Of a stretch of 64,000 bases of DNA, positions 27,501 to 40,348 are shown piece after piece. Made by a program: the position numbers and the translations under genes. The DNA is from Antedon mediterranea (Eukaryota > Animalia > Echinodermata). The notes under the pieces were generated by a model. It was not told the DNA's origin. It ran no database searches and saw nothing but the letters and a program-made list of their open reading frames with translations. Each line of letters starts with the position of its first letter. The stretch's first letter is position 1. The stretch covers positions 18,059,365 through 18,123,364 of the forward strand of contig NC_092678.1 in NCBI RefSeq assembly GCF_964355755.1. Direction: 5' to 3'.

Positions 27501-29050
27501 CGGAAACCACAGAAATAATTATTATAAACAAAACAAAAACACAAAATAACAAAGACCTAGCCTTGAAAGTACGGTAATCCTTAAGTTCGTCACATTTTTA
27601 TTAAAATGTTTGATATGCTTTCTAGAAAAATGTTAACAGAAAACAGGAGGAACGTGGTGATGTATTTTAAAAACTTCGATTTATAACACAGAAAGCTGCA
27701 GGTCAAGATAACCATATTGAACAGAATATACTATTTTAAAAACCAAATAGCATTTTTGTAGATCCGATAGATATTAAATCATACTTAATTAATTGTTAGT
27801 GAAGCAGAAGTTTTTTTTATGAATTACCTTGCTCCCCCCCCCCCCCCCTCCCCTACTACTCGAAACAACTCTGACGTAGATCATCCCGAACAAGATTGAA
27901 GTAAGTTGCCATACTTTAAGACAGTTTATTTCTTATTTAGTCATTACTAATATACGTACGTAAGTCTATAATTGGTTATTTAGTCTCAAACATTTCACAT
28001 TACCAATAGAGAGTTGCATTATCAGTAGATAACTGTCCGACTCTTTTTCTCTATAAATATCTTATCTAAATGAGTCGTATCTTTATTCTGGATCTGCAGC
28101 CTGGTTTCTGTCGTAAATGTTCGTCTTATTCAAAAGTGATCCGTCTTGATTATTACTGTACTCCGGCATAAGATTGAATTTGTCAATCATAATTGCGGTG
28201 GCTGTTTGTCATTTTATGTCACAAATTAATATTTACATCGATAATCAAGTCTAATGGGTTACCCCGAGGCTAGAATTATGTTCGCATTGTTTTCCAGTGT
28301 CGCGAAAAACATTAGCCTAGGTACTTTATCATAACAATGTGAATTAGCGATGTAAATGAGTGCGTGTTTACACGGGTCAGTCACCTTAAATGATTGAAGA
28401 TCAACTATACAAAAAATGAAGATCGTCCATTATAAAATATATATCCATTCATTCACAAAACTTACACTAGCCTAGTTTTGCGAACGATTCATACATTTTT
28501 CCATTTACATTGTAGTTAATGAGACTTATTTTAAATTAAATTCAATTCATTTCAACTTTTATTTCAGACAATTGTCCATATGGTATAATACATTACAAAA
28601 AAAAAAGGAGAGAGGACCAAAACTTTTATCTATTGGTATATAATGCCTCTCTCCATTTGTAGTACATGTTTGAATCCATTAACAAATATTTATATACACA
28701 AATTAACATTCTGTTTTCGCTTTTCAATGTTGAAGATGGAATTAGTTGACAATGTTCATAGTATTTACATTGTCATTAGCTTGTACTGCATTAGGTCAAC
28801 ATAGAGCCTCAAATCTAACGTCAATAATTAAAAAGGTTTTACAGGGCAGTGTGTAATTTGTACTAAACTCTTATTTTGAGTTGTTTTCAATGTCTCTCAA
28901 ATCTCTACTGTTTTGGCATTTCTGCTGAGATGATCCAAGAAATCCGATCAAGAAACATGAAATCAAGAAATGATCAAAAGGTTTGACAGAGTGCAGTACG
29001 CTAATATACATTCATCCTAAACTCTTCCTGTGGTCACGTCTCTTGTTTTT

Positions 29051-29858
29051 TAGTCCCGTGGAAGCGACTCTATAGTTCACTATGTCGGTCGGTCGGTCTG
29101 TCTGTCTGTCGGTCTGTCGGTCTGTCTGTCGGTCTGTCTGTCTGTCTGTCGGTCCGGTATCACTATGCGTTTTATCGCTTTATGACCTTATCTTGATATC
29201 AGTTTAATCTAGCTAAGTTAATTTTTCGCAGAATATTCCTTATGGCCAGGAATCGATGTGGTTATGTTTTCACGGTGCGCAATAAAAAATTACGCGGTCT
29301 ACGCACGATTTAACGAAATCACGTTTGTAATCATATCTTAACAACCATGAATCACAATTAAATAAAATTTGGTACTCATAAATTTCAGGGCATAAATCAT
29401 AATATGGCAATACAATTACGTGCGTAGCGCATGTAACGCATGCGTACGCGCGCTTAAAATTTTCAAAATTTATTTTCGATGAAATAAGAGTACGTTTCAG
29501 GCAATTTTAAGCGTTTACAAAATTGCCATGAGTGCGCAGATTTTTGCGCGCGCACTGCGCGTTAAACGTTATTGCGCACTCTTTTTGCCCGATTTCTGTT
29601 TTCTTGACTTACTTTTCAACTCGAAATTACGTTATACGAGCACGTCAAAAGTGACAGGCTACGGACGTGTAAATTAAAAAAATATAAATGTTTTTAAACA
29701 TTTCAACATTTTTAAACATGTTCAGTAATTTCGGTCAGTATAGTTCACTATGTCGGTCGGTCCGTCTGTCTGTCGGTCTGTCTGTCTGTCGGTCTGTTTG
29801 TCTGTCGGTCCGGTATCACTATGCATTGTAGCATGCGACTTAATGGCTGTTGGCCTTG
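29051..29858 (+). mobile_element. Long Helentron-type (HINE/DINE-1-like) non-autonomous element
   Basis: Inserted in a T-run. 5' TAGTCCCGTG...GCGACT inverted motif, (GTCT/GTCG)n microsatellite, 3' GCATGCGACT subterminal repeat and ...GGCCTTG|TT end, as in the short HINEs. It carries a ~490 bp core shared with 59654-60174. Confidence 0.85.
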
Positions 29859-30533
29859 TTCTTAATTTCTTTGAAATCTCTACTGTTTTGGCATTTCTGC
29901 TGATGTTTAAAAAATCCGACAGAAATACGAATGTGTACGATGATTTGTACTAAACTCTTTGTTTGGTCTCTTTGTTTCTTGCTTTTCTTTCAATGTCTCT
30001 CAAATCTCTACTGTCTTGGTATTTATGCTACTGTTTCAAAAATCTGACCACGAAGTAAGAAAGTTTTTTTTAAAGTATGTGACCAAGCAATTTAATCAAG
30101 AAAGGATTCTAATATTTTTATAAGCCAGGCTAGCAGTACAAGGGGAAGAGAGTAATGTTGTCAACCTACTGTTATCACTCTATATGTACTGTATATTTAT
30201 ATTAAATTCAAATCTGATGTATACTTTTTTATCATCAATTGCCTTGTTATAAATTTTACTGGAATTTATTATGTTTACCTCATTTTCTTGAAGGAAGAAC
30301 TAAATGTTAAGTTGAATTGAATTGAATTGAATCTTTCATAGTGTCTCCATTCAATGAAACAGTTTTCTAAGTGTTATCCGGTCTTAAGTCATCAAGGACA
30401 CATTATTCTGGTGTCAGTGCAAACTTTGAGGTTTAAAGAATCTGAAAAGATGTGGTACCAAGCTACAACTCGTCATGTTAACTTTGCTATTTCTTTCAAC
30501 ATGAAGGTTCTGCAGCTCAGCTTTATATGGCAA

Positions 30534-31138
30534 CTAGCTCCGGATACGCTCTCAATCAAGTCGACCAGTTCACCTATCTTGGCAGCAACATTGCCTCATC
30601 AGCAAAAGACGTTGATATACGTATCAGCAAAGCCTGGTCAGCTCTCAAACGCCTGACTGTCATATGGAAGTCCAACATCTCAAACAACATGAAGAAAAAT
30701 TTCTTTAAGACCACAGTCGAGTCTGTCCTTCTCTACGGGTCATCGACATGGACCCTAACTAAGAAACTTGAAAACACTCTAAACTGAACATATACTAGGA
30801 TGCTACGAGCCGTTCTTAACGTTTCGTGGCAAGAGCACCTCTCGAACGCTCAGTTATATGGGAATCTTCGCAAGATCACCGATGTTATCAAAGAAAGAAG
30901 AGTCCGCTTTGTTGGACACTCTTTCCGCAACAAAAGTGAACTGATAAGCGAACTTATGCTCTGGATGCCATCACATGGGACAAGAAGACCAGGCAGGCCC
31001 CCAAAATCATTCATTGACCAACTAGTTGCGGACTCCGGCCATACAATTGAAGAGCTACCAGGAGCAATGATGAACAGAGACGGCTGGAAAGAAGTAGTCA
31101 AAAGGATCCGAGCAAGCTCGACGCAGTAGTAGTAGTAG
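30534..31138 (+). mobile_element. 5'-truncated RTE-clade non-LTR retrotransposon (end of RT and C-terminal region), pseudogenised
   Basis: Translation QVDQFTYLGS...IRISKAWSAL...VESVLLYGSSTWTLTK...LN*TYTRMLR...RVRFVGH...GRPPKSFIDQL...NRDGW is in one frame with a single TGA (30785-30787). It has a (TAG)n tail and a 10-bp target duplication TATATGGCAA at 30524-30533 and 31139-31148. Confidence 0.93.
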
Positions 31139-32394
31139 TATATGGCAATGTTTATCAGAGATATTGTTTTGACAACTTTGAATTCACTTTTTAACATGAT
31201 TACAGCCATTTCCCCCTAACTTAAAATGTAAATTCAAAAGTGTCCTTCACATGGCCTTCGTGCCCCACGCGTGGCCCGTGGCTCGGTGCTGTTTTGAATA
31301 TAAGTACTACATCAACCTTTACACGAACATTATAATGGTTAAATTACACACATAAATGTAATATGCGGAGTAAATGTGCACGTAACAATGCTCAATCATC
31401 TCATGAATATTCATTAGACAATCAATCTTCGTTCAAACTTAGAGTTGTCTGTTTTTGATGGTTGATTTCATGATAAAAACAAATCCTTATTGTTGAATGT
31501 TTCAACTTTCTTGTTAAAATGCAGAAATTAAACTGTCACTGTAAAAAGAAAATAGACATTTGTTTTTATTCTACCTTAATATCCATCAATGCCTTCCTTC
31601 CAGCATAAACATTGTAGCTTTCTGTTATTTTGTCTTCTTAATTTAAAGTTAACTTTAAAAATGTTGATGTCTTCGAATTGAGTAAAGTCCGCATGTCTCT
31701 TACGAACTATGATTGCTTTGATAACTTGTGTTATTCCGGTGTTAATGCACTTTCGCACCTCTCTCGAGAGATCTTACCCAATTTAAAAACATTCACCTTC
31801 TGCGCGGCGGTGAGTGACCATGAAGTCCAGTTTTAGGTGCGAAACTGCAGTAGCGCCGTGTATTACTTTATACTAAACTTTCCTTTGGTCTTTTGCTTTA
31901 TTTTATTTTCATTGTCTCATGATTCTACCGTTCTATGTTGATGATCCAATAATCTGAGCAAAACAATTAATAAAAAACGATGCTAATATTCTATAAGAGA
32001 CGTGTGGTTCCCACTAGCTAGGATATTTACACTGTGTTAAGTCCATGTGGGAATCAATCTTACGTACGACAAAACAAACTTAATATTCCTAAGTGCGCAT
32101 GCGCAAAGTTCATTATCCTCAATTAAATTACTGACTTTGACTGATTCTTTCATATGAATGTTTAAGAGTAAATTAGCTTACTGCTATTTGATTTATTCAT
32201 TTAAAATGATGTTCTAGTTTTTTTGTGTTTTTTTTAGTAATTACTTATGTGGCAAAATAAATTTATTCTACTGCAGTAAATGCAATTCTTTAGCAAGCCT
32301 TTCTTATGAAAATCATACACATTGTTTATTTCAGTGATTTCCTGATAAACCTATATACATTGAAACGATAACCTGTACGTTAATATTTAGAAAA

Positions 32395-32481
32395 AACAAG
32401 GCCATATACATGGCTGCAGTCGCGTGCTCAAGTTAGTGTATGTTTACCGACCGACCAACATAGTGAGCTGTAGAGACTAAA
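32395..32481 (-). mobile_element. Short HINE-like element with internal deletion
   Basis: AACAAGGCCATATACATGGCTGCAGTCGCGTGCTCAAG...CCGACCGACC...GAGCTGTAGAGACTAAA; the 5' hairpin is collapsed. Confidence 0.82.
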
Positions 32482-33967
32482 TATATTGGTAGTGCATTCA
32501 GTATTTATTTTGTATTTCATTTTCAATCTTTCATTTCAATAATACAATACAAACAATTACAATTGCCTGCAGTAATTACTGTATTTACTGCAGTAGGCCT
32601 ATAATAATTTTAATCCATTTTAGTTACTTGTTTTAACCAAAGATAGCATGGATTAATACCGAATACAACATTTTATTAGGTGTTTTACGTGTGTTTCAGT
32701 CACGTACTTGACAAATAAAATACGATAATAATAGATAAAATATTTCACTTGTAATTCAAATGTTGTATGTGGCAATTGATGACTCTAAAGAAACAGTAAG
32801 CATTCATCTTCTCTGGAATCCACTGGGATAAGAGTGACTTTTGCGGGAAATTATTGCTGCGAATTTTAATTAAGCAACTGTGTGATACAGATAATTATTT
32901 CATTTTTAAATATAAGTTTAATATTGATATTGTGTTTTCTGTGCTGTGATTTTTAATTACCGTTAATTAATTATCTTATGTATTTTAAGTGGATTCTCAC
33001 CGTAGCATTTGGAACAGCTATGAGAAAGCCTGGTATTAAAGTAGGTATGCCTATACATTGACAGTTGAAATTTAGTTATATAGTTTTATATCTATGCATA
33101 AAACAACACGTCCATCTCTTTTTCCAAACGAAAATCATTCCACATTTATAAATTGCCTCTGCATTGACTTAAGTTTAAGTTTCACTTTATTAAAATATGC
33201 GCGTTTTTCACACGCATGCTATTCATGTGCCGGCAATTTTTTTTATTTGACTTTTACGGCTATATAATAACATAACTTGAATGACAGCCGCTTCAATTGC
33301 CGTCAGCAATTTAGCGTTAGTATCATAAATATAAAAGGATCTTCTGTTTCTACTGTAGTATTATGGTTGTTTTTTAATCGCAAGAATTGGCAGCGATGTC
33401 TGCTCATGATTTATAGAGCTATTGCAATTTGAATCTTAAAGTGGCGCTGTGTGAAAACTGGTTAGAACCAGCTGAGCAGCTGCGCGTATGATTCACGGTG
33501 AACGCGCCTGAATAAATTAACTACGCGCGATACAGACATAGCCAATAACAGAGTACGAAGCATTGTGTTTGACGAAATGTTATATAATCTCGTTTATTGA
33601 TGATGTTAGTACATCCATGAGAGACAAACTTCAAATGCGGTGTTATTTTATGTATTAATATTTTACTGATGTAGCAAGTTTTGTGTATGAACTGGTCACA
33701 TGACACGCAATCGTTAGTTGAAAACATCAGAAGCTGTTATATGATCATTTTAATAACACTTAACATTGTGAGCAAATGTAATCAAACAAACATATCGTGA
33801 CGAGTGTCTTACGCCTACGAAAAATACTTGTATTAATGAATACATTATGAAATGATAAAAAGACAAGAGGAAATATGACAAATTAAATGTGGGCGAGAAT
33901 GATAATCTTGTGAATAGACAGAATTACATAACACAAGGTTTGATACAGGGTGGCGGAACGGTAATTG

Positions 33968-34560
33968 TGACGATGGTGGACCGGTAGTGGTGACGATTGA
34001 CAATGGCGGACCAGTAGCGGTGAAGATTGACGGTGGCGGACCGGTAGTGGTGACGATCGGTGATAGTGGGCCGGTAGTGGTGACGATCAACGATGGTGGA
34101 CCGGTAGTGATGACGATCAACGATGGTGGACCGGCAGTGGTGACGATTGGTGATGGTGGACCGGTAGTGGTAACGATCAACGATGGTGGACTGGTAGTGA
34201 TGACAATCAACGATGGTGGACCGGTAGTGGTGACGATCGGAGATGGTGGACCGGTAGTGGTGACGATCGAGGATGGTGGACCGGTAGTGGTGACGATCGA
34301 AGATGGTGGACCGGTAGTGGTGAGGATCGAGGATGGTGGACCGGTAGTGGTGACGATCAAAGATGGTGGACCGGTAGTAGTGACAATCAACGATGGTGGA
34401 CCGGTAGTGGTGACGATCGAAGATGGTGGACCGCTGGTAGTGACAATCAATGATGGTGGACCAATAGTGGTATGATGATCGACGATGATGGGCTGGTAGC
34501 TGTGATGACGATGGTGGACCGGTAGTTGTGATGACTATGGTGGACCGGTAGTTGTGATGA
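33968..34560. repeat. 30-bp minisatellite, ~17 regular copies then decaying
   Basis: Unit GTGACGATCAACGATGGTGGACCGGTAGTG. It accounts for the overlapping ORFs on both strands. Confidence 0.95.
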
Positions 34561-35848
34561 TCGATGATGGTTAATCAGTAGTGGTGACGATGGACGACGG
34601 TGGTGGTAACGACAACGGTGGACATGTAATGATGACGACGACAGAGCGGTTGTAACGGCGACGATGATTGACAAATATTACAATTTTAATGTACGGGTAT
34701 AATCCGTTCCGTACAATTGATAGAAAGACAGAAAACTATCCGCTTTCATGGGTTAAAATTAAATTAAAAATTAATCCAGAGCAGACTTTTTTTTTTATCA
34801 TAAATACAATTAGTTATATAATGAAAAGATGAAAATGAATAATAATAATTGTATTCATTTAAAGTAAATATGGCCCACATGACTTTTTCTTATACCCAAA
34901 ATCGTAGACTAGGGTTACACTAATCTAGTACCACCAACATGTGAAAGCTCCCCACACCCAATGCTATGCACATTGTAAGTGCGATGTATACCTGTGTTGT
35001 TTTCACATAATGTGGATAGTCAAAGCGATTCTTTCTTGTATCTGTTACTTAACCCTGAGTACTTATAACTATTCAGGCATATTGATAAAAAAATGAAAAG
35101 ATAATGCAGAAAATTATTTAGTTTACTGTATTTTAAAAAGTATAGCCTAGACTGAGTATATACGTTGGCCTGCGTGTGATATGCAGTGTTGTTTGTTTCA
35201 CATAGATGATGGCGACGCTTTCTTCCATTTCACCTCCTACTGGGTCTGTTCAACTACTGTTCGTTGATGGTGATAACAATGGCATCATCTGACAACGGTG
35301 ATTAGTTATCAATCATGGAGCGTAAGTAAAAACGTGCAAAGTGATCAATTCAGATTCGTGCATTACTATTTGCTTGGACATTAAATGGACGTAAATTATG
35401 ATGATTTCTGTGACGTGGAATAGGAAGCGACTTAACAGTTTATTGTTGACATGATATCGATAATAGAAAACGAAATATATAATCACGAACGCCGTGATGT
35501 TGGATTAAGATTGTCTGTAGTTAAAACTGTTAATTGCAATATAGATTACTTAGCCTTTTATCGAGGAAAGTGATGCTAACGAATTAGAAATGATGAGATG
35601 GCAATAAGCCACGAACAGCATACACCTAGTCAGCCTGGTCGAACGTCACGATCCAAAAGAACATTTATTTACTTTCGTATTTATATTTACTGACTATATT
35701 TATATTTACTAAAGATAAACCCATAGGTTATAACATATCTTAAATTCGAATGCTAAGCAAATTGTTGATTTCGTGTGGGAATGTTAATTTCTATACATTA
35801 ATGAAGGTGATTGCTTCCCAGACGATAGTTACTAAAGTCACAAAATAA

Positions 35849-35963
35849 AACAAGGCCATATACATGGCTGCAGTCGCGTGCTCAAGTTAGTGTTTACCGA
35901 CCAACCGACCAACCAACTGACCGACATAATGAGCTGTAGAGTCGCGTTGGACGCGACTAAAAA
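35849..35963 (-). mobile_element. Short HINE/DINE-1-like element, complete (~115 bp)
   Basis: Minus strand: TTTT-TAGTCGCGT-CCA-ACGCGACT (5' subterminal repeat plus inverted copy), (GGTC/GGTT)n, GCACGCGACT (3' subterminal repeat), hairpin GCCATGTATATGGC, then CTTG|TT. Confidence 0.88.
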
Positions 35964-36204
35964 CGTTATTTTCAGATTTCAGTGAATTGAAAATTTAAAA
36001 CCTTTAGGGCATAAATTGCTTGACAGCAGTGTATTTTAGTACGATTAGAGCGCATTTCCAATGTACATAAATATAACATAATTGACCACAAATTTCATTA
36101 GATTCAAGAAATTTTATTGGTCTTATCTAATTATGTAATACTTACGTTGACTTTTTCTTACGCACGTTTAAATTCTGAACTCAATCAAATTGCTTGATAT
36201 TGTG

Positions 36205-36610
36205 ACGTTATCCGTTAATACAGTACGTTATAGCCTAACCCAATTAAATAGGTTTAGCAAAGGGCTGCTGATAACAACTTTCGACGAAATATTTAGGTTG
36301 CGCTAGCTTGTTATTTAAATTGGCTACATTTTCAAGAGATTTGTACTACTTTAAATCTGTGTAATTAAATATGTAAGTTTTGGGGTCGTTTTGTGACGTC
36401 AACCGTTATCACGTTGTAATCACGTTTAAATACGTTTAGCAAAGGGCCTACTGGTAACAACTCTCGAAAAAAATGTTTAGGTTGTGCTTGTTATTTTAAA
36501 TGGGGAGTTTTGTGACGTTATCCATTTTTACGCTGTAATCACGTTTAAAATACGTTTACGTTTAACTAATGGCTAAATTTTCAAGAGCTAGTTTAGATCT
36601 GTGTAAATAT
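36205..36610. repeat. Local degenerate duplication (~180 bp)
   Basis: TTTAGCAAAGGGC...TAACAACT..CGA..AAA..TTTAGGTTG at ~36253 and ~36435; GTGACGTTATCC-like motif three times. Confidence 0.7.
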
Positions 36611-37534
36611 GTCAGTTTTAGGTGAAACTTTTATGCAAACAGCATTAATAATTTAGGCCGCGGTGTGATATTTGATTGTTGTTAATTTGAATACTTACGT
36701 GATTTACACCTGCTTGTTAATTAAAAGAATTGTAACGAAGAAATAAACTTTACGTTTCGCGTGGCGAAATCAAGACAACGGATTATTGTTACGGTAGCAT
36801 TGGTATTTAGTTTCTTTGTAAGTCTTGTTACGATAGCATTGGTATTTTGTTTGTTTGTAATTGTTGTTTGATAATTAATTTCACCTCATTAATTTTATAA
36901 TGGTTTTAATACAATGGTCGTAAGTATTTGCGACACGCGCCAGCTGCAGAAGTGCTGATTATTTTAACACAACGATAACGATAATCAAATAAAAAATATT
37001 GTACAATATTTAGCTAATGTTACTCCATGATTTAGCCAAGGTTATGGAGAATGCATGGAGTGCCCGGTAATATTCGCAAACCGGAGAAGAATATAATTTC
37101 ACTCTTTCCTGGCTAAATAAAGTGTCCAGCTCTGATTTTGTTTGCAATCTGATGTAGGCCTAAAAGTACATATGCACCTGCTAGGTTTTATTCTCAATAG
37201 TCACTTCATCTTTTATTATCAATAATAGATAAATATATACATAAATAACAAACGGTGATAATGTGCAGTTCATAAAACTAATCGAAGTATAACACAACAA
37301 CACCAACAAAAAACATGGCCCCAGTGGAAAGCAGTGATATCACTGATCTGGGTTACCCTCTTTAAAAAATATAAAAAAAACTATTTAAACTGTTATATCA
37401 AAAATTGTAGAGTTGAATAAAAGTAAAATATAAATAAATAAATAAATATATATCATAAATAAAATGTGTATAATGTTATATATTATAATACTGTTAAATA
37501 TTAAACATTCTATTGTCTGTGTGATATATTTCAG

Positions 37535-37747
37535 CGTTGAAAACTGTGAAAATTCCGATGGGATTATGAAGGCATCCGTAAATGGCGGAACGAAAAGGTT
37601 CAATCTTCGAGCCAGCATCGCATACATTAGTCATGAATCGTCTAAAGCCCGTAGTTAGACTTTTATCGTTGATGTTGACACATCGAAGTGGATTTCAAAG
37701 TCAAGTGTTGTCTCATTGAAACCTAACGTATTTAGCCATTTGCCCAG
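37535..37747 (+). other. Candidate exon (probably 5'-UTR) containing a 45-codon ORF
   Basis: Acceptor ATATTTCAG|, donor CAG|GTGAGA, and GC higher than the flanks. No frame is open throughout. The internal ATG ORF spans 37582-37719. Confidence 0.35.
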
Positions 37748-37851
37748 GTGAGAATTTACTTTTCTGAACGCTTGTAATTTACAGAAAGCGTTTTCAATTA
37801 CGTATTTAATTGTAATTGCGTTCCCTGAAAACAAGAAGTAACATAAAGAAG

Positions 37852-37971
37852 AACAAGGCCATATGCATGGCTGCAGTCACGTTTGTCACGTCAAATTTGA
37901 GTTAGTGTTTACCGACCGACCAACCGACCGACATAGTGACTTGTAGAGTCGCGTTTGCACACGACTAAAAA
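37852..37971 (-). mobile_element. Short HINE-like element
   Basis: AACAAGGCCATATGCATGGCTGCAGTCACGT...CCGACCGACCAACCGACCGACATAGTGACTTGTAGAGTCGCGTTTGCACACGACTAAAAA. Confidence 0.86.
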
Positions 37972-38961
37972 TAAGAAGCACATTTTTATGAATACTTTTT
38001 TTTTGCGAAAGATAACCTTCAGTAATGATACAGTAAAACACACAACACTAATATCCAGAAGAAAATTAAGACGCATATGAATAATTTCTGAAGATAGCGA
38101 TGTGCGAAAGATAGTTCTCAGTAATGTAATAGTAAAAGAACACAGCAAATATAATAATATAGAGAAGTATATGCCAAGTGTGTTTTATGCAAGTCCCCAA
38201 GACACTAGGCCTACATAGCAATAAAGTACGAGTTCATGCTTAGAGCAATCATTAATTTGCTCAACTTGTCCAGTCAGTAGGCCTGCGATGGCATTTTAAC
38301 GAATAAAGGCATTTTGAATGACGCTTTCACAGCCAATCAAAATGCTTACGCGTCCATGTTGACGCAAAAGCGACGCCATTTTCCAATTAATTCTGTTACT
38401 TATCTATATTTTAGATGTTACTTATATCAATGTCTCCATTCGTACCGTATCTGACTTAATTAGCGGTAATAACGTAACGCGTACGTGATAGCACGCCTGA
38501 GTTGATGTTGTGTTGTGTTGGGCTTAGGAAAAGTCGTCCCTGGTTCGACCTAAAAAAAACTCAGTGTACTTATTACTTACTTACTGTTACTTTTTACAAC
38601 TAAAATGTATACTTTACAGACTATAGTTAGGCTACGGCCTTGTGAAATTAGGTAAATTTCTTTAGTTAACCATCGCACGATATAACTCCGATATAGGCCT
38701 ACAGTATCTAGAATATAACTTCGATGGTTTCAGAGATACTTCTGATGCAACTATAACTCATATGTTTAAGAATTTAACAATAGAGAAGCGCTTCCCATAT
38801 TTCTAACCGGTATAATATTATTTGTTTGAATGCAGAACAAGCAAAGCCGCGTTTTAACTCCGATAAACCGCATTTTAACTCCGATAGAGAAAAGATCATG
38901 TAGGCCTAAACATATCGCAGAGTTCCTAGTACGTCATTGGTCAGGTGAATTGTTTCATAGT

Positions 38962-39120
38962 TCCCGGTTCCCACTTGAACTCAAACCAATAACGTAAGCG
39001 CGCCGAAAAGTAATTTGACCAATCACGACGCGATGTATCTTTCGAACTGTCGCTTGTGATTGGTCAACTCATTTACGTTGTGTTCTAGTCGTTGCGTGGC
39101 TTCCAAGTGGAAATGAAGCT
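38962..39120. mobile_element. MITE family A-related copy (diverged)
   Basis: GGTTCCCACTTG ... TTGACCAATCAC ... GTGATTGGTCAA ... CAAGTGGAAATGAAGCT|TAA. Confidence 0.75.
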
Positions 39121-40218
39121 TAAAAGCCTATACAACATCGTGCTTTTACGAGATAAACATTAATTCGAAGATCAAATATCTTGTACATTATTATATAACA
39201 CTTCAACATATCAAATACATGCGCCACGCTTGCCCCGTGAAATAATAGACAAATGATCAAGAAAATAAGCCGACATTTTGACTTCTGATAATTACATCGA
39301 CGATAAAAACGATCGGCTAAAATTCCCTATCTGAAGCGTTCGTGCTATATCATGAGAATATATTACAGATCAGTGACCGACAAGGGGATTTTGTATTTCC
39401 CCCGTATAAAGTAGTAAGCGATTATATTCAACATTTACTCCTGATAAATTTACAGTTAAAGCCAAAAGTCCCGGAGTTAAATTTCAATGCGGGAAGATAA
39501 AAAGCGCAATAGAAATGGAGTTGTAAATCAGTTAGGCCTGCGCATGCGTACACATTTAATGCCGATCGTTTATATTATTTCTGTTATTGAAATGCCAAAC
39601 GGCAATTGAATATCATTTCGGTAAATTGTTTGAAGAAAAAGAAAATAATCAATAATAAATCAAATAAATATTCTGAAATTTGTCATCGGTTATAAGTTCA
39701 AATATTACGTGTTTGATAAATGTGTGTATGTGTGTATGACGTCACGCATCGTGATTTTTGCTTTATCAGCAAAAACCAAGCAACTATCCTCTTTTGTGAA
39801 GTGATTGTTCATTTGTTGAGAGATCGGTTGAGACAGGCTCTATCAGACAGTGTCACCATGTGTAAGACAAATCCTAGATCACTGCTACCTTTGCTCTAAC
39901 ATCATTTTCACAGCCTTTTATTATCTGGGCGATTCGTAGGCCTACTAAAATAATTACCCGATTCTCGGTATTGACTTTTTCCAGTATCATGACCGTGTAC
40001 AGTGTCACATTATATCAGATATGACACCTGTATCACCGTATGTCATAAGCTTAACGTAACAACGGTGCAGGTGCCACGTGTGATACGTGTGCAACTGTAT
40101 AACAGAATGTGCCTACGATAGACAGTGACATAATGTGGATCGGTTAGTGTTTCACATACTGTTTGAAGCATACAACACGAAAGAAAACTATGATTCAAAT
40201 AAAAACTGTATTATTCTA

Positions 40219-40348
40219 AGAGCTGTCTACGCTATCAAACTGTATGTGACAAAGAATGTAAAGTGCCCATAGGCCTATATGGACATGGCTACGTGTTTGT
40301 GAATATCACACTTTTTTTTCAAATTAGTTTGATAGTGTAAACAGAGTT
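40219..40348. mobile_element. MITE family B (diverged)
   Basis: CTGTCTACGCTATCAAACT ... AGTTTGATAGTGTAAACAG TIRs; interior TATATGGACATG as in the other copies. Confidence 0.78.

Noticed and set aside
30354-31209. ORFs 30354-30656 (+) and 30850-31209 (-) as genes
   Set aside because: They are alternative-frame and antisense shadows of the RTE fragment.
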